This document shows positions 41,288 through 56,000 of a DNA stretch of 64,000 nucleotides, piece by piece. Numbering within the stretch: the first letter of the stretch is position 1; each line of letters begins with the position of its first letter. Under the pieces are notes generated by a model. It was not told the origin of the DNA and did no database searches. It saw nothing but the letters and a program-made list of their open reading frames with translations. The stretch comes from the human T2T-CHM13v2.0 reference genome, Homo sapiens. Both the position numbers and the translations under genes were made by a program. Location of the stretch: NCBI RefSeq assembly GCF_009914755.1, contig NC_060947.1. The stretch is one strand, 5' to 3'.

Positions 41288-41601
41288 GGCTCCCTCCATA
41301 TCTGTGAGGAATTGGTACCAGGATACTACATGGATATCAAAATCCAAGAATGCTCAAGTCCCTGATATAAAATGGTGTACTTGCATATAACCTAAGCTCA
41401 TTTTTCTGTATACTTTATCTCTAGATTACCTCTGATACCTAATGCAATATAAATGCTGTGTAAATGGTTATTATACTGCATTATTTTATTTGTGTTTTAT
41501 TATTGTATTGTTATTTTTAATTGTTTTTTCCCTTAATATTTTCAATCTGTTGTTAGTTGGATCCACGAATGTGGAACCCATGAACAAGAAGGGCCAACTC
41601 T
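41288..41601. mobile_element. MER2 (TcMar-Tigger)
   Basis: aaaatccaagaatgctcaagtccctgatataaaatggtgta ... gtggaacccatgaacaagaagggccaact. Confidence 0.82.
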
Positions 41602-42789
41602 ACTCTGTCCCAGATGTCTCGTAGAGTCTTCCCAGTATTCTTCATATAGGATTCAGGTTTTGCTTCTGGCTAGACTAGTTTAGATACACGTTCCCTTACA
41701 GCTGGACCAGATCCTATGACTGGCAGTCTTGGAGGGATGCCCTCGCCGTTTTCCTCTTCCATTACCATGGTCAGCCGTCTATGCAAGTTGCCAACCAGAG
41801 GCAGGGGAAAGTAGGCAGGTAGAAGCTGTTTTTCTGCTTAACAGGCAAGGCTTCACATTACAGCTCCTACTGTCTTGAGTTTATTACTAGCAAAGATTCT
41901 GGGTAAAATCGTATGATTGGTTACCAAGTCACCAATTCATTGTCATTGCCCTGGTTTTCCTAGACCTAACTTTTTGGTCTCTGATAGCATATCACCTTCC
42001 TCTTCACAGCCCTGAAGAAAGTGCCAAATTTTTGCCCATCTGGACTCCTTATAGTGATTCTTAAGAAAAGCCTTCCAAGGAGTACTGGGGAACTGATCCC
42101 GCAATTCATGTCCTCTATCTAGACACACCATTTTCTCAGATTTTCCCTAACATTAATTACTGTGGTGGCAGTGGGAAGGTCATATTTATTTTTATCTCGT
42201 TCAATGAGGAAGTTGCTTGGTTTTATAAACTTCAAGTACGAGAGTCTCCTAGACCTGGTCCCTATAAGGATCAGGGCAAATTACTTTTCATGATGACCTG
42301 TGGGACTAGCCTGTCCATCCTGTGACACCTATCAGCTGCTTCCACACTTGTTGTAAGCCTGTCAGGGAAGTGGCAATTATCAGAGTAGGCCAGAAGTTGT
42401 CAGTTTTTTAAAATTACTCCTAACGTTAAATAGCAATCAATAAGAACTGTGTCTCTTAACAAATATAGAAAAATGTTTGACCTAAGGCCAAAATAGATTT
42501 GTTGTATTTTAGGTGCCTTTACTTTGGGTGGATATACAATGAAATATCTGTGACAGTGCAGAGAGAAATAATTCACATCAATGCTACACTTCGTGAGGAA
42601 GGTGTCTTAACTCGTTGTCTGTGAGACTTAAAGCACAGTGAATGCTTAAGGAACTCAATGAGATAAACAAGGCCATCTTGAATGGCATTTTGCATACCTC
42701 TTCCAGCACTCCTGTTACCATGTGTGTACAAGGAACTGGACCACATAATAAGCATTGAAGGTAGCCTTAAGAGGAACGTGAAATTCAGT

Positions 42790-43420
42790 TCAGTATCCAT
42801 GGGGTACGTGGTTTGTGCCAGGCTTTCTCGGTGATATGAGAAACAAAGTTGAAGCAGATATGATTTCTCTCTGCAGGAGTTCACAGTTCAGTGAAAAACA
42901 TAAACAAAACAAGACCAAACCTTAAGGTACCAACATATAATGATAGTCAAGGGATACAAAATGCTACATTAGAGAATAATCAAAAAGAGCGGGGCTCTCA
43001 GAGAAAGGACCAAGCCTGCTTACGGACGTTTGAGAAGTTTCCAGTTGAGACAAACTTTTAAGATGATCTCGAGTAAGCAGGACTTTTGACAAAGACGACA
43101 GTAGGTGACGTTCCTGGCAACAAGTAAAACATTTCCACGGTTGAGAGGTTCCAAAGGGCAGGCATGGCATGTTCAAGAACTGGCTAATACTCCTCCATGG
43201 CTGGAGCATGGGGAAGAGGGATGGAAAGGTCAATGGGCTGTAAATAGCAAAGACCTTGAGTCCCGCATTACAGTTGTGACTTTATTGTGGTGGGCAATGG
43301 GAAACAACTGATATTGTTGGGCAGAAGAATGGCATGATTCGAAGGATAGCTCTGGCCACAAGAAAAGAGGATGCATTGGCATCAAATTGAGACTAGTGTC
43401 AGATACACCACTTAGGAAGT
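42790..43420 (-). mobile_element. L2 fragment
   Basis: gtgccaggc...ctctctgcaggagttcacagttcagtg...ggctggagcatggggaagaggg. Confidence 0.65.
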
Positions 43421-45938
43421 AAAGGGAACTTAAGAAATGTATAGGAATTTAATGAAGGCCAATCTCAGAAACCTGAAAGATAAACTAAGATTCAAGAGCA
43501 GCAGATATTAGCTAGGCAATCCTTGAAAAGGTTAACCTTCATTCCCTTACTTGCAAAATGTACATCATAACCCTGTCCTGCTTTCTTTATATGGATGTGG
43601 CAAGGACCCAATGAAACAATCTAAATGGAAGTTTGTAACCAACAGAAAAACACTACAAAAAGAACTAATGATCATCGTGTTAGAAGGGTTTATGCTAATT
43701 GCTCGTCAGGCCCAGTTCTGTACCCTCAGGGGCCGTTCCTCCTTCCCTTTGTCTTCTACCAAGCCTTAAATCAATGGTGACTGTGTGGAATCAATGCATT
43801 GTGAAAGCAGCTGAGAAGGTGGGTACCCTTTACTCTGTGCTTGCTCACTCCTTCATATACTCCTCTATCTTTTTCCTTCCTTTCTCATTCCAGTCCTTGC
43901 GACCTTCTGCTCATCAGCTGGACTCTTCTGCTTACTTCCTTCTGCCATTCCACATGCCGCCAGCCTTCCCTGACCGCTTACTGCCTATTCTCCCTACAAC
44001 CTCAAACGACCTTCCTCTACTCTCCAAGGCCTAGACCAGGCTCCTTTTCATTCACTTGCACTTATGCCCCTGGTCTTTGGCTCTTTATCCTTTGTAAGAG
44101 CTGCCTGGAAGAGAGCCCATGTTTCTACTCCTTCTCCCAGGCATGCTCAACAACCAGACCCTCAAATGCATGAGGAACTGGTCCCTTGGAACTGGGCTGC
44201 TAAAGAATAAAACCTGTGCTGCCTGGCCTGGAGTGCCTTTGAGCATCATAAGATACAGGAGTAAACAACATAAGAGTAACATGAAGGAATAATACTTTAC
44301 ATATATGATCTCATTTAATCCTGGCATCTCTATGAAGCAGGTTATCCATATGCTACCTAAACGAAACCAAGAAAACTATAGGTTAAGAAAACTTATCAGG
44401 TTTCTCAAGGAAGATTTATAGTAAACAGTCCCTTCAGTTTCTGCAGCACCTCATGGTGTAAGTGTGTGCTGGCCCTTGCAAGGAGTAGGGAACAAAAAGT
44501 ATGGAGTAGGCTATGTTATGACACATAGGCAAGAGGGTTCTCTAAATTACAATTCACTCAAAAGTGACAATTAGGATATTTTAAAGAAAGTTTTCTCTTG
44601 TATGAGTTTAGATTTGCTTTGTCATAAATGAAAGAAAAATAGCCTAAACTGGCTTAAGCAAAAGCAGGATTCACTGGTGGTCACATAACTGCAGATTCCA
44701 GGAGAAGGGCAGGCTTAGAGTATGGCTAGATCCAGGGTTCAAATAATCTCATCAGAATCCAGTTTCTTTGTTCTGCCTTCTGCTTATTAGTTTCTATCTC
44801 TGGAGCAATATGTTAGCAAAGTGGTGGCAACAGCTGCAGATTGTCCATCTTCCTATGTTCGAAACCAATCAGAAGGAAAATAACTTCCCAGGATGCCCCA
44901 GACACAGTCTCATTGTATCTCACTGGCATTTGTTTCACTGTGTGACCAAACGTGAATAATCATTATGGCCAGGCATATAATATGGTCAAATGAGATACAG
45001 TTGATGGTTGAGTCCCAGGTCATATATTCTGCCAACTGAATTATGGAGTGAGGTGCCACTTGAGTCAAATGAACCAAGAATGGAGAAAGAATAGCGTCTT
45101 AAATGGCTGTTTCCTGATACGGTAAATGGATGCCTGGTGACCAAAAGATAAAAAGATCCTTTATATGTCTCTAATAAGTAAATATTCCACAGAGGGAATG
45201 AGTAGCTAGTAAAAGCGAATAATTCATAACATCTATTGAATGCTTATTATGTACCAGGCACTATGTTAAACACTTTACATATATTATTTCCATATGCCTC
45301 ACAATCACCCTCTGAGATAAGTAATAGTAATATTGAAATATTACAAATGAAAAAAAAAAATAAAAAAAGTCCAGAGCAGTGAAGTCACTAGTCCAAGGTC
45401 CCACAGCTAATAAGTGGAGAAACACATATCACCTCAAGCTATTACCAAAAACTAACACTTTTGTGTTAGTTAAAATAAATTTTGTGTTAAAAATAAATTT
45501 GTTAGCATAATGGAGAAGTTCTAATGGAGATAGAGAGGTGTGCTCAAGGAATCAAAATGCTTACAAGGAGGTGGGGCAGTTTCATGTTAGAAAAAGACCC
45601 CCTTATAAAAAGTTGGGTTCATTTTGCAAGTAACAGAAAATTTGATTAATAGTGTCTTAATCAGTGAAAATGTATTATCTCACCTCCCAGAAATCCCAAA
45701 GCAGGGAGTTCCAGGGTTGGTTCATTCAGCAGTGCTACACCAAGGAACCAGGTTTCTTTGCCACCACCCGGCACTCATCATCTAGTTTGGCCCTTCATGG
45801 CTGCAAGATGACTGCAACAGTTCCAGCCATCACATATTTATATGACTCTGGCCAAAGACAGAAAGTGAAATTTCTCCTCTAGTGTCTCCTTTTTATCGGT
45901 AAGGAAACCTTTCCAGGAGTCTCACAGCAGAAGCCCTC

Positions 45939-46690
<752 letters not shown>

Positions 46691-47409
46691 AGACAGACTG
46701 GGTTACATGGTTTACTTTAAGCCAGTCTCTGCTGAACGAGAATGAATTTCATCTCTTCTGAGGAAAGGCCCATTTTCTGAGCACCAGAGCCTGGAATAAG
46801 GTACAGCATTTTAGAAATCTAGGAAAAAACTTTAGGAGGCACTTAATCTCAGGGTCATGCTCTTCCAACAACCCTTTGAGCGCCTCCTGAAATTGTGTGC
46901 ACCTGTACAATCTTAAGTGTGGTCCTCACTTGCCATCCCAGCCCTGCTCAGCATACTATATCCTCCTAGCACTTGTAAAAAATTAGGAGTTATTTTAGGA
47001 TAAAATAAGGAGTAGATGGCTTCTGAAATGACAATATTTAAATGTCAGCCACTCTTGACATCAGTCATGTCTCACCCATCAAGCATGCATATAAAGCCTT
47101 GGTCTCACTACTAACATGAAGCATTTAACATCTCCGGGCCTTTTTTACTGGATCATCTTCAAGGTTCCTCCTAGCTTTGAAGTCCAGGGAATCCTGTTAG
47201 TTATTTTAAACAGATGACATGTATGGCCTTATCTACTGTTAAAGAAGCTGAACAATAAGGAAACTGACATTTGAGTCACAGGAGAAAAAGTCTCATATCT
47301 GGCTCCAATCCTTCCCTAAAAACTTCCCCCTCCATTATCACCTCTCCTATTCCCCCACCACCAACACACACATTCTCAATAAATCATATAGCTATTAGTA
47401 GCAGAGAAC

Positions 47410-47863
47410 TGTAGTGGACACCATGATACACCACCCGGCTTACCCAGTTCCAGGCCTGAAGCACTCATTTCCTCAGTTGTTGAGACTGTTGGTGATTGAC
47501 TCCTCTCAGCTAAGTCCATTTCCAGGGATTGTTCACAGCTGGAGAAAGATGCCTCACCCAAAATCACAACTCCTTCTCTGGGACAGCCTGTATCCAGTGA
47601 TAGTGGGGGTAGTTGTGGGAGGGGTAATAAAGGTCCAGATCTTTACCTCAATTTGAGACCACCCTGAAGGGATATTTCAGCTCCACAATTCTTTGTGGGG
47701 TTGGCTGAGGACTCCACTACGAATGCACCAAGTATAACTTATTTTGCTCAATCCTGCTTCCTTCATAACCCCACAGGCGTTGATCCTGAGGCCAGTCCCC
47801 AATAAACTTCCTGCATACGATTCTCCACCTCAGTTTCCTTCTCAGAGAATCCAAACTGTGACA
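47410..47863 (+). mobile_element. LTR16-family (ERVL) LTR
   Basis: tgtagtggacacc ... cccaataaacttcctgca...ctcagtttccttctcagagaatccaaactgtgaca. Confidence 0.65.
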
Positions 47864-48687
47864 AAAACTATAGACCTTTTTGTTGAAACTGGGGCATTTC
47901 TTTCCTTTTTTTCTTCTGCTTTTCTTCATTTTTTGTAGTTATCACCTTTAAGTAAAATAACATATAGTAAACACACATAGGTGGACACATTTCTTTGTGC
48001 TCAAAGGATATCAATGTTCCCTAAATTATTTTAGTAGAATTAACTTGCTCCAAACAGTACTGCCTGAAATCAAAGCCACATGACACAGATCTGGAGTGGC
48101 TTCTCTCTTTGGGTACATGATGAATTCCTCATTTGCAACTGAATACCCTAAATTAGAGTCCTAATCCTGAGAGCCGATATTCTACTATTTGGAAAAACGT
48201 TCCCCCTATTGAGCTCTATGTATACTGAGAAAAAGTCCTTGTCATTAAAACCATTCATTTTTCATAATGCATTTGTGCTGTAACTAAGTAGCATTTAATA
48301 TTTTCTATTAATCAGTAAATCATATACTTCACTGGGCCTGAAATTAATCCAGAGGGGCATTCTGGCAGCAAGTGAGCAAGTCTCTACCCCAAGGGTCCTG
48401 TGTCTGCATTTCTAACCAGAGGAGCTCATGCTGACTGCTGAATTCTTTAGACTGGAACAAAGCAAGGATGATATTTCCACTGGCTGCCTTTATGCTGCCT
48501 GACTGAAGTGACAAGATTGCAGTAGATTCATTAAATTTTCAGCTGTTATTCTGGTCAATCATAAGCAATCTATTCGTAACAGTAACGGGCTGTCCAAACA
48601 GTGATTCATTACCCAGTTCCTTGATCATTTTAGGTATCAGATGAAATCAGAACCTATTTTATTAATTACAATAACTAAAAACAATGA

Positions 48688-48996
48688 ACAGGCACAGTGG
48701 CTCATGCCTGTAATCACAGCACTTTGGGAGGCCGAGGCAGGAGGACTGCATGAGTACAGGAGTTCAGGGCCAGCCTGGGCAACAGAGTGAGACCTTCTCT
48801 CTACAAAAAAATAAAATTAGCTGGTTGTGGAAACCACCCCCCGCCCCCGCAATGTAGTCTCAGCTACTTGGGAGGCTGAGGTAGGAGGATTGCTTGAGCT
48901 GAGGAGTTTGAGGCTGCAAAAAGCCAAGATTGCACCACCGCACTCCAGCCTGGGTGACAGAGTGAGACCCTGTCTCAAAAAAAAAAAAAAAAAAAA
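48688..48996 (+). mobile_element. AluJ
   Basis: gaggcaggaggactgc and ggaggattgcttgagc (J-type) plus poly-A. Confidence 0.9.
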
Positions 48997-49099
48997 GAAT
49001 AAAAATAATTGATTAGGAAATCTGTTTTATCTATTTTTTTCAGCATAGTATCCACTCCATAGGGAAGACCCAAATAACTTTCACCTGGATAACAGCATG

Positions 49100-49641
49100 G
49101 GCTGGTTAATATTAAGTCTCAGCTTAATTGAAGGATGCAAAGCATTGTTTCTGGGTGGGTCTGTGAGGGTGTTGCCAGAGGAGATTAACATTTGAGTCAG
49201 TGGACTGGGAGAGGCAGACTCATCCTCCATCTGGGTGGGCTGCCAGCGCGGCTAGAACAAAGCAGGCAGAAGGAGGTGGAATGAGCACACTTGCTAAGTC
49301 TTCTGGCCTTCATCTTTCTCTTGTGGTGCTGGATGCTTCCTGCCCTCAAACATCAGACTCCAAGTCCTTTGGCTTTTGGACTCTTGGACTTACACCAGTG
49401 GTTTGCCAGGTGCTCTTGGCCCTTCGGCCGCAGACTGAAGCCTGCACTGTTGGCTTCTCTACCTTTGAGACTTTTGGATTCGGACTGAGCCACTACTGGC
49501 TTCCTTGCTCCTCAGCTTGCAGACGGCCTATTGCGGGACTTCACCTTACGATCATGTAAGTTAATTCTCCATAATAAACTCCCTTTCATATATACATATA
49601 TACTATTAGTTCTGTCCCTCTAGAGAATCCTGACTAATACA
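49100..49641 (+). mobile_element. MLT2 (ERVL) LTR
   Basis: tctgtgagggtgttgccagaggagattaacatttgagtcagtggactggg ... ctgactaataca. Confidence 0.88.
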
Positions 49642-52600
49642 GAGCATTACTGTCTTAAATGGTTCTTCACACTCCTGTCTCTTCAGACACTGTAATACTC
49701 ATGGCTGAAAAGGGGTTCTTTATAAAGCCTAACTTAACCTAATGCAAACACTGGTAACAGAAATGGAGTGATCCTGTGACAAAAGGAACAAAAATATGTG
49801 GCATCACTTCTGGTCAGGAAGCTTTATGGCAAGGAGAAATGAACAGGTGAAATGGCTAGAGATCTATTTGATTCAATAGCAAAACACTTGGTAACAGTAT
49901 CAGTGCATTAACTTAATTGCAGATGGAAAGGCTACGTAGTGTTATAATGGAAGAGGGTAGAAAATTAAGTATTAGTAGCATGTGTTAGGTTCTATTGACG
50001 CTGTTTGGCAAGATATTATATGAGAAATATGACCAAAGAAGTAAGTGGTTAGTTTCTGAGAAGAAATGAAAGGACAAAAGATGATCCAGAAATCAGGGGT
50101 CTTGCAGATTTGGAAAAGCCATTTGCTTGTGTAACATGAATGATACGAGACAGTGTAGAACAGGACTAAAGATTCAAATGCCCAATAAAACTCAAAGTGA
50201 CTCTAGGCAAATATCAAATTAAGGGGATGGCCTTTCCATGTTTTCTTCTAAATAGTTTTGACCACAAATTGAGAAGTATGGGAGTAAAGAGGCAAAGAAA
50301 TAAGGAACATTTGAGAATTATGTCTAGAAAAATTTTTTCTTCTAGTTACTGGCTCACAAAACGAACTGGATGCAAACAGATGACTAAATTTAGAGGTAAC
50401 TGTGCTGTGAAAGGAACCATAAGCCTAAACTCAAGTGCCTTGGACTATTCTAGACATAAATAAACCTGGGTCCTCCAACCTCCCATGATTAGGAAGCTGA
50501 CTTCAAAGGCTCTGTAGCACCTAAAGAGAGCTTGCTCTTCAACATGCATTTCAGAAGTGGCCAAAGACAATACTATGAACAAGGTACAGCTCCCCAGAGG
50601 GTAGATCCATGGGCCATGGCGATCATAAACAAAGGAGTTCCTTCAGAGGGCAGAATCAGAGTTTAATCAAGGAATTTCCTTCCACCAAAGAGAGAGCACC
50701 TGCATAGCAGCTTCCCAGGGAGATTTCAAAATGATCACAACCCAGTCAGTGGCTATTCTGTGTCTCCCATTCTTCCTCTTTCTAAATGGGAATGGTATTA
50801 ACTTTTACTGTGGTTAAAGACTTGCACACTTCAGTAGCTTATAAGAATAAGTGTTTATTTCTCATAGTTTTGTGAGTCAGCTGTGACTCAGTGGGGTTCA
50901 GTTTCAGGCTGTGGGGTGCATTTTGGTCAGCTCCACATGTCTATTTCTGGGACCCAGGGTAAAACAGCAGCAACTACCAGGAGTACGCTCTTATCAAAAT
51001 GCAAGACAAGAGGCCTAGAGTGAAGGCTAAGTCATACAAACACATTTAATGCCTCTAGTCTTGTATGGCATAAGTTATATCTGCTCACATGTCATTAGCC
51101 AAAGCAAGGCACATGGCTAAAACCAAAATCAGCACGTTGGAGAAATATCTCTGTCCAGAGTTAACCATTTTGAATAATAGGGGTGAAAGGGAATATTGTC
51201 AACAGGTATTACAATCTACCACCACGATACTTATTGCAGTTATTTGGTCCTCATTCAACCATTGTATATTAGGCATGTGTGAGTGTGGGTTGATAACCTG
51301 TCTTTTAACCATAGGTTGTCAGACAAAATGAGACCACATCTGGGCCAGATAAAGACAACTACATACTATCCTGAGAGTTTTAACTTTGAGCTAGAGACCG
51401 TGAGTAGATTATATTTAGGGCTGTATCCCTTAGGGAGTAGGGCAATGTCTTCTGTGAGTAAAGAGATGAAACAGTTTGAGGACTAAAAGGAAGACCCTAG
51501 CAGAGATAATGCTCCGTGTCGGAGTGAATATGATTCACCTAATCATTCAGCCATTCTTGTCACAGTGGCACATGTGAGACCTAGGTACAGTTATACATTT
51601 ATTTCCTAATGTAACCCTGTAGTAGCTGCCATCTTGTCAAGCAGAAACTCCAGTCTCCTGACAAGTCCCCAATTCCAAAATTATATTTTATGAATATCTT
51701 AAATGTAGTCAGGAACAATTTCCAAGTTATATGTGCTGCTTTTCTGAAAATTTCTAATCAGTTATCTTTTTTTATATGTTCACTCGTCATTTATACTTTA
51801 ATCTTCTAATTATTTATACTTTCCAGTTAAAACAGACTAATAGGTTATGCTACACAAACACCTCCTTTCCCCAAATCCCAGTAGTCTTTAAGAACAAATG
51901 GTGGTTTCTCACTCACACTACATGTTCACCACAAGTCAACTAGGGGCTGTGTTTCAGAGCCTCCTTATCCTCACTTCAGGGCTCCCGCTGATGGAGCTGC
52001 CACTATTTGGTAGCCACAACACTGATGATTCTCATAGCAGGTGGAATATCGAATTTGATGAGGCATGTACTGACTCATAATTCTTTTCCCTAGAAGTGAT
52101 GTATGTGACTTTTGCTCACATTTAATTGGCCAAAACAGGCCATGTGTTCACATCTAGTTCAAACTGGCTGGGGAGTATGATCCTCTGGAAAGAAGGGGAA
52201 CTGTATCCCAGGGAGCAATAATACAGGTCTAATACAGTTGAACCATCTGGTTAACAAATACAGTTCTCTCCCCTCCCCATGTTGGACACTTGACCCCCTT
52301 CTCCAAAGGAAACAACTACTATCCAATCATTGCTTCAAGCTCAAAGTCAAATTTATGAATGCTCAGGGTGATACCTGGTAGTTTCTACATAAGAAATCAA
52401 CATTCCCAATGTACAAGGTAACATAGGCATAGGATAAACTGCATTAAATTCTGTTCTTCAAAAACAGAAGAAGAGACATATAGCAGCCACCAGGCCACAG
52501 CAACAATGAAATCCCATGGGGCAGATGTTTGGAGAGGCCCCTGCCTTAGGCTTAGAGAACTTTCCTGGGAATCGCCCCTGATTGCTTTTCCTTTAAGTGG

Positions 52601-53699
52601 CTTCTTTGTCCATTGTTTGCCTGTGGCTCTTGTCTCCACTATCCAGGATGTTCTTCCTTTTCGATTATGCTGTAAGTCATATATAAAGCTAGTACAGTAA
52701 AACTGCCTTCCATGGAAATCTAGTAGTTTTGTGTACTGCTTCTCATCCAAGAGAGGTTGTTTTCCTAAGTATAATTTTAAGCTTCAGTCACAAACTATTT
52801 AGTCCAGGCTCATGGTCTCTTTGGCAGTACATATTTTTTTTTTTTTTCAAAAACTTAAGTCAGTTTCTTAGCAACTGCGTTCCAATCAACTCTATATGCT
52901 ATTAACAATATCTACACCTGTTTTCTAGATCCTTCCCCCCGCCAAATAAAGTTTCAGTAACTTGAGTCCATCAGTTTGGGAGAGCCATACTTTCAATCTC
53001 TTTTTCCTGAGCCATTTTGCCCAAATGAAGAGTGTCATACACTTAATTTAACCTCTACTCCATTTTAATCTATCAATAATTTTCAATAGTGCATGTAAGA
53101 ATTATACCCTTAATTTGATATTTGCACTGAGATAATAGGCTAAAAGATTTTAACAATGTTATCAATAGGTAACAAGACCATATTGTTCCTCTTTTCCTTG
53201 GTAAAGGCAAGTCTGAGATCAAATCTGCTTGTATTGTTCAAAAACTTCCTCAATTTTATGTTGCACTGTTTGAAGGTTGAATTCAACTTTCAGCCCTGTA
53301 AGTACACAATTTCTAAGACTCTAATTTTTTCCACTCGTGTTTAAAAATCAGCTAATTATCTTATCAAGCTCATATCTTTTTGTAATAATCTGAGAAATTT
53401 AGATATAGAGTTGCCAATACCTGGAACTAACATTCCGTTTCTAAGCCTCTTACCCTAAAACAACATGTTCATTACGTGCATGATCCGCCTTTCAGGCTAT
53501 TGTAGATCACAGTTTTATACTGAAATGTTCTCTATTACTTGCTATGTCTCACCAACTTTCTAGCTTCTGACAGCTCTCATTTCCCAGAGCACAACCTTTA
53601 AATCAATGCCAAATATTTGTAGATTTGGGTGCAACCACACCCATATTCTACTGTGGATTTCAGTATGAGTCAGGATAGGTTAGGCTAAGCCATGGTATC

Positions 53700-54055
53700 T
53701 GCTATGGTCTGAATGTTTGTGTTCCCCAAAAATTCATGCATTGAAACTTAATTCCCAGTCCAGTGGTGTTGGGAGGTGGGGTATCTGTGAGGTCATTAGG
53801 TCATGAGGGCAGAAGCTCTCATGAACAGGATTAGTGCCCTTATAAAAGAGGCCCAAGAGAGCCTGTTTGTTCTTTCTGCCATGTGAGGACACATAAAGGT
53901 GCTGTCTATGAGGAACAGAGCCCTGACCAGACACCAAATCTGTGTTTTGATCTTGGATTTCTCAGCCTCCAGATTATTGAGCAATAAAATTCTGCTGTTT
54001 ATAAATTACCCAATCTATAGTATTTTTGTTACAGCAGCCCAAATGGACTTAGACA
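53700..54055 (+). mobile_element. MLT1A-type LTR
   Basis: tgctatggtctgaatgtttgtg ... gcagcccaaatggacttagaca. Confidence 0.85.
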
Positions 54056-55813
54056 GTATCAACAACACCCACACTTCAGTGGTTTAAAACAAAAGTTTAA
54101 TTCTCACATTGTATTTTAATCCTGGGTTGGTTGGGAGCAGATACTATTCAGAATATCACTGGTTGCTGCAGAATAAGGTAAACAGAACACAACAAATCAA
54201 AACATAAATCTTAAAGTGTCTGCTTGTGACATACTTCATTGACCCAACCAAATCATATGGCCATGTCTGAGCTCACCAGGGTGGTAAAGCATTTTTCTCT
54301 TACAGGGAAGAAAAACAGATGTGGTGAAAATTCTACTATAATATCATTTGCCTGCTTTTTCCTGTTGTATTGTCATTTTATAACTAATTGATTGGGGCAA
54401 TATGCAGATTAGCAATGTTAACCCTGTGTTTCCTGTGTTTCATGCTTTCTCCAACCTTGAAGTTGTCTTTTAATTTTGCTTACAATAAATTATGTTTTTT
54501 TTAATGCAGAAATTTAGATTTGGATGTAAGTAAATATATCAGATTACTCTTTCTTTTTCCCTTCCTTCTTCCCTTCGTGTCTTCTGGGCCTCAGATGTTT
54601 CTGGGGAATACCGTAGCAACCTCAAATATCATACAGTTGGTCTGTTATAGATTCTTCTCTGTTATTGCATACTTTACAAAATGATTTGCTCTTCAAACCA
54701 ATTGCAATTATTTTTGTGTTTTTAGATGGTGTCATACCAGAGCTTTCCTTCTCACCCCTAAATATGTACTTGATAGACAACTGTATCAATAGTATTTATT
54801 GGGGAAAACATCTCATAGCCGGCCTAATAGGTAGATAGATGGCAGAAAGGTAGGTGTCCCACTAGTCCAACTGTTTCTCAAGAAGCCTGTATTACTAGTA
54901 TTACTACAGCAGCATCTACTCTATTGATTTCAAGTGTGGGAGTGAGAAGAAATATCTGCTTCCTTATGGAACCCCTTTCCTGTGGCTGCTTTGAGTTTTC
55001 CCTTGCTCCAGTTCATTAATCAATATGACACCTTCTGTTTTTCTATATTTTATAAATTACTTAAAATATATGATCTCCTAAAAGCTGTCATTCTTATTTT
55101 CAGTGCTATTCTGGATTATTTAAAAATAGTGAATTATAAATTTTATATCTGGCATTTTAATGTAATTTTAGAGAAAGGAAAGGTAAAAATGTATATGCAA
55201 TATACTATATTAAACCCATCATCAACTTCTTCCAAAACATTTTATCTAGCATGTCTGAACCGTAGATGTCAATATTCCTGGAATTACTTTTCCCATTGAC
55301 TTCTCTTAGGCCTGTCCCTTCGGCTCACCAAACATGCCTAGACATGCTTAAATGCCAGAAAAGAACCATGCAAGGTTATTATTCAAATGAGTCTGCTACT
55401 CTATCAAAATTAGAACTTCAATCTATCTCTGCAATTAAACCAGACATAGTATCTGAAACCTCAGTGTAATAATGGAAGAAAGGGTGCTTAGTTTGGGTAT
55501 CCTTCAGAAGCAGAGGTGGAGGTAAGGGTTGGCATGGAGATAGAGATCCCAAGGGACTAGAGTGGGGGACAGGGAAGAGTTAAACTCGGAAAGCTGATAA
55601 AACAAATCAGGGCTTTGTTAATAGCTAATCATAGCTGCGGGAAACCAAGACTCAATTCTGTGGAAGATCTTAGAAGCCATGAACAATGTGTCTCAGAATT
55701 GTGTCCCCAAAGGACAACAGAGGTGAGTATATTCACTGGATTCCTTCCTCCATTGCTCAGAAGTTGCACCTACTGGGTGTTAGTTAAGTCACTCACATCT
55801 CCCGCTTTGCAAT

Positions 55814-56000
55814 TAAGGTTGCCAGATTTGTAGAATACAAATAGAAGACACTCAATTAAATTTGAATTTCAGATAAACCACAAATTTATTTAGTATAAAT
55901 TTGTCTCATACTATATTCGGAAAATACATATACTAAAAAAATTGTTTCTTATCTGAAATACAAATCTAACTGGGTACCCTATATTTATCTAGTAATCCTA
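55814..56000. mobile_element. MER53 palindromic hAT MITE
   Basis: taaggttgccagattt...ttaaatttgaatttcagataaac...tatctgaaatacaaatctaactggg...aatccta; 8-bp TSD TTTGCAAT. Confidence 0.88.
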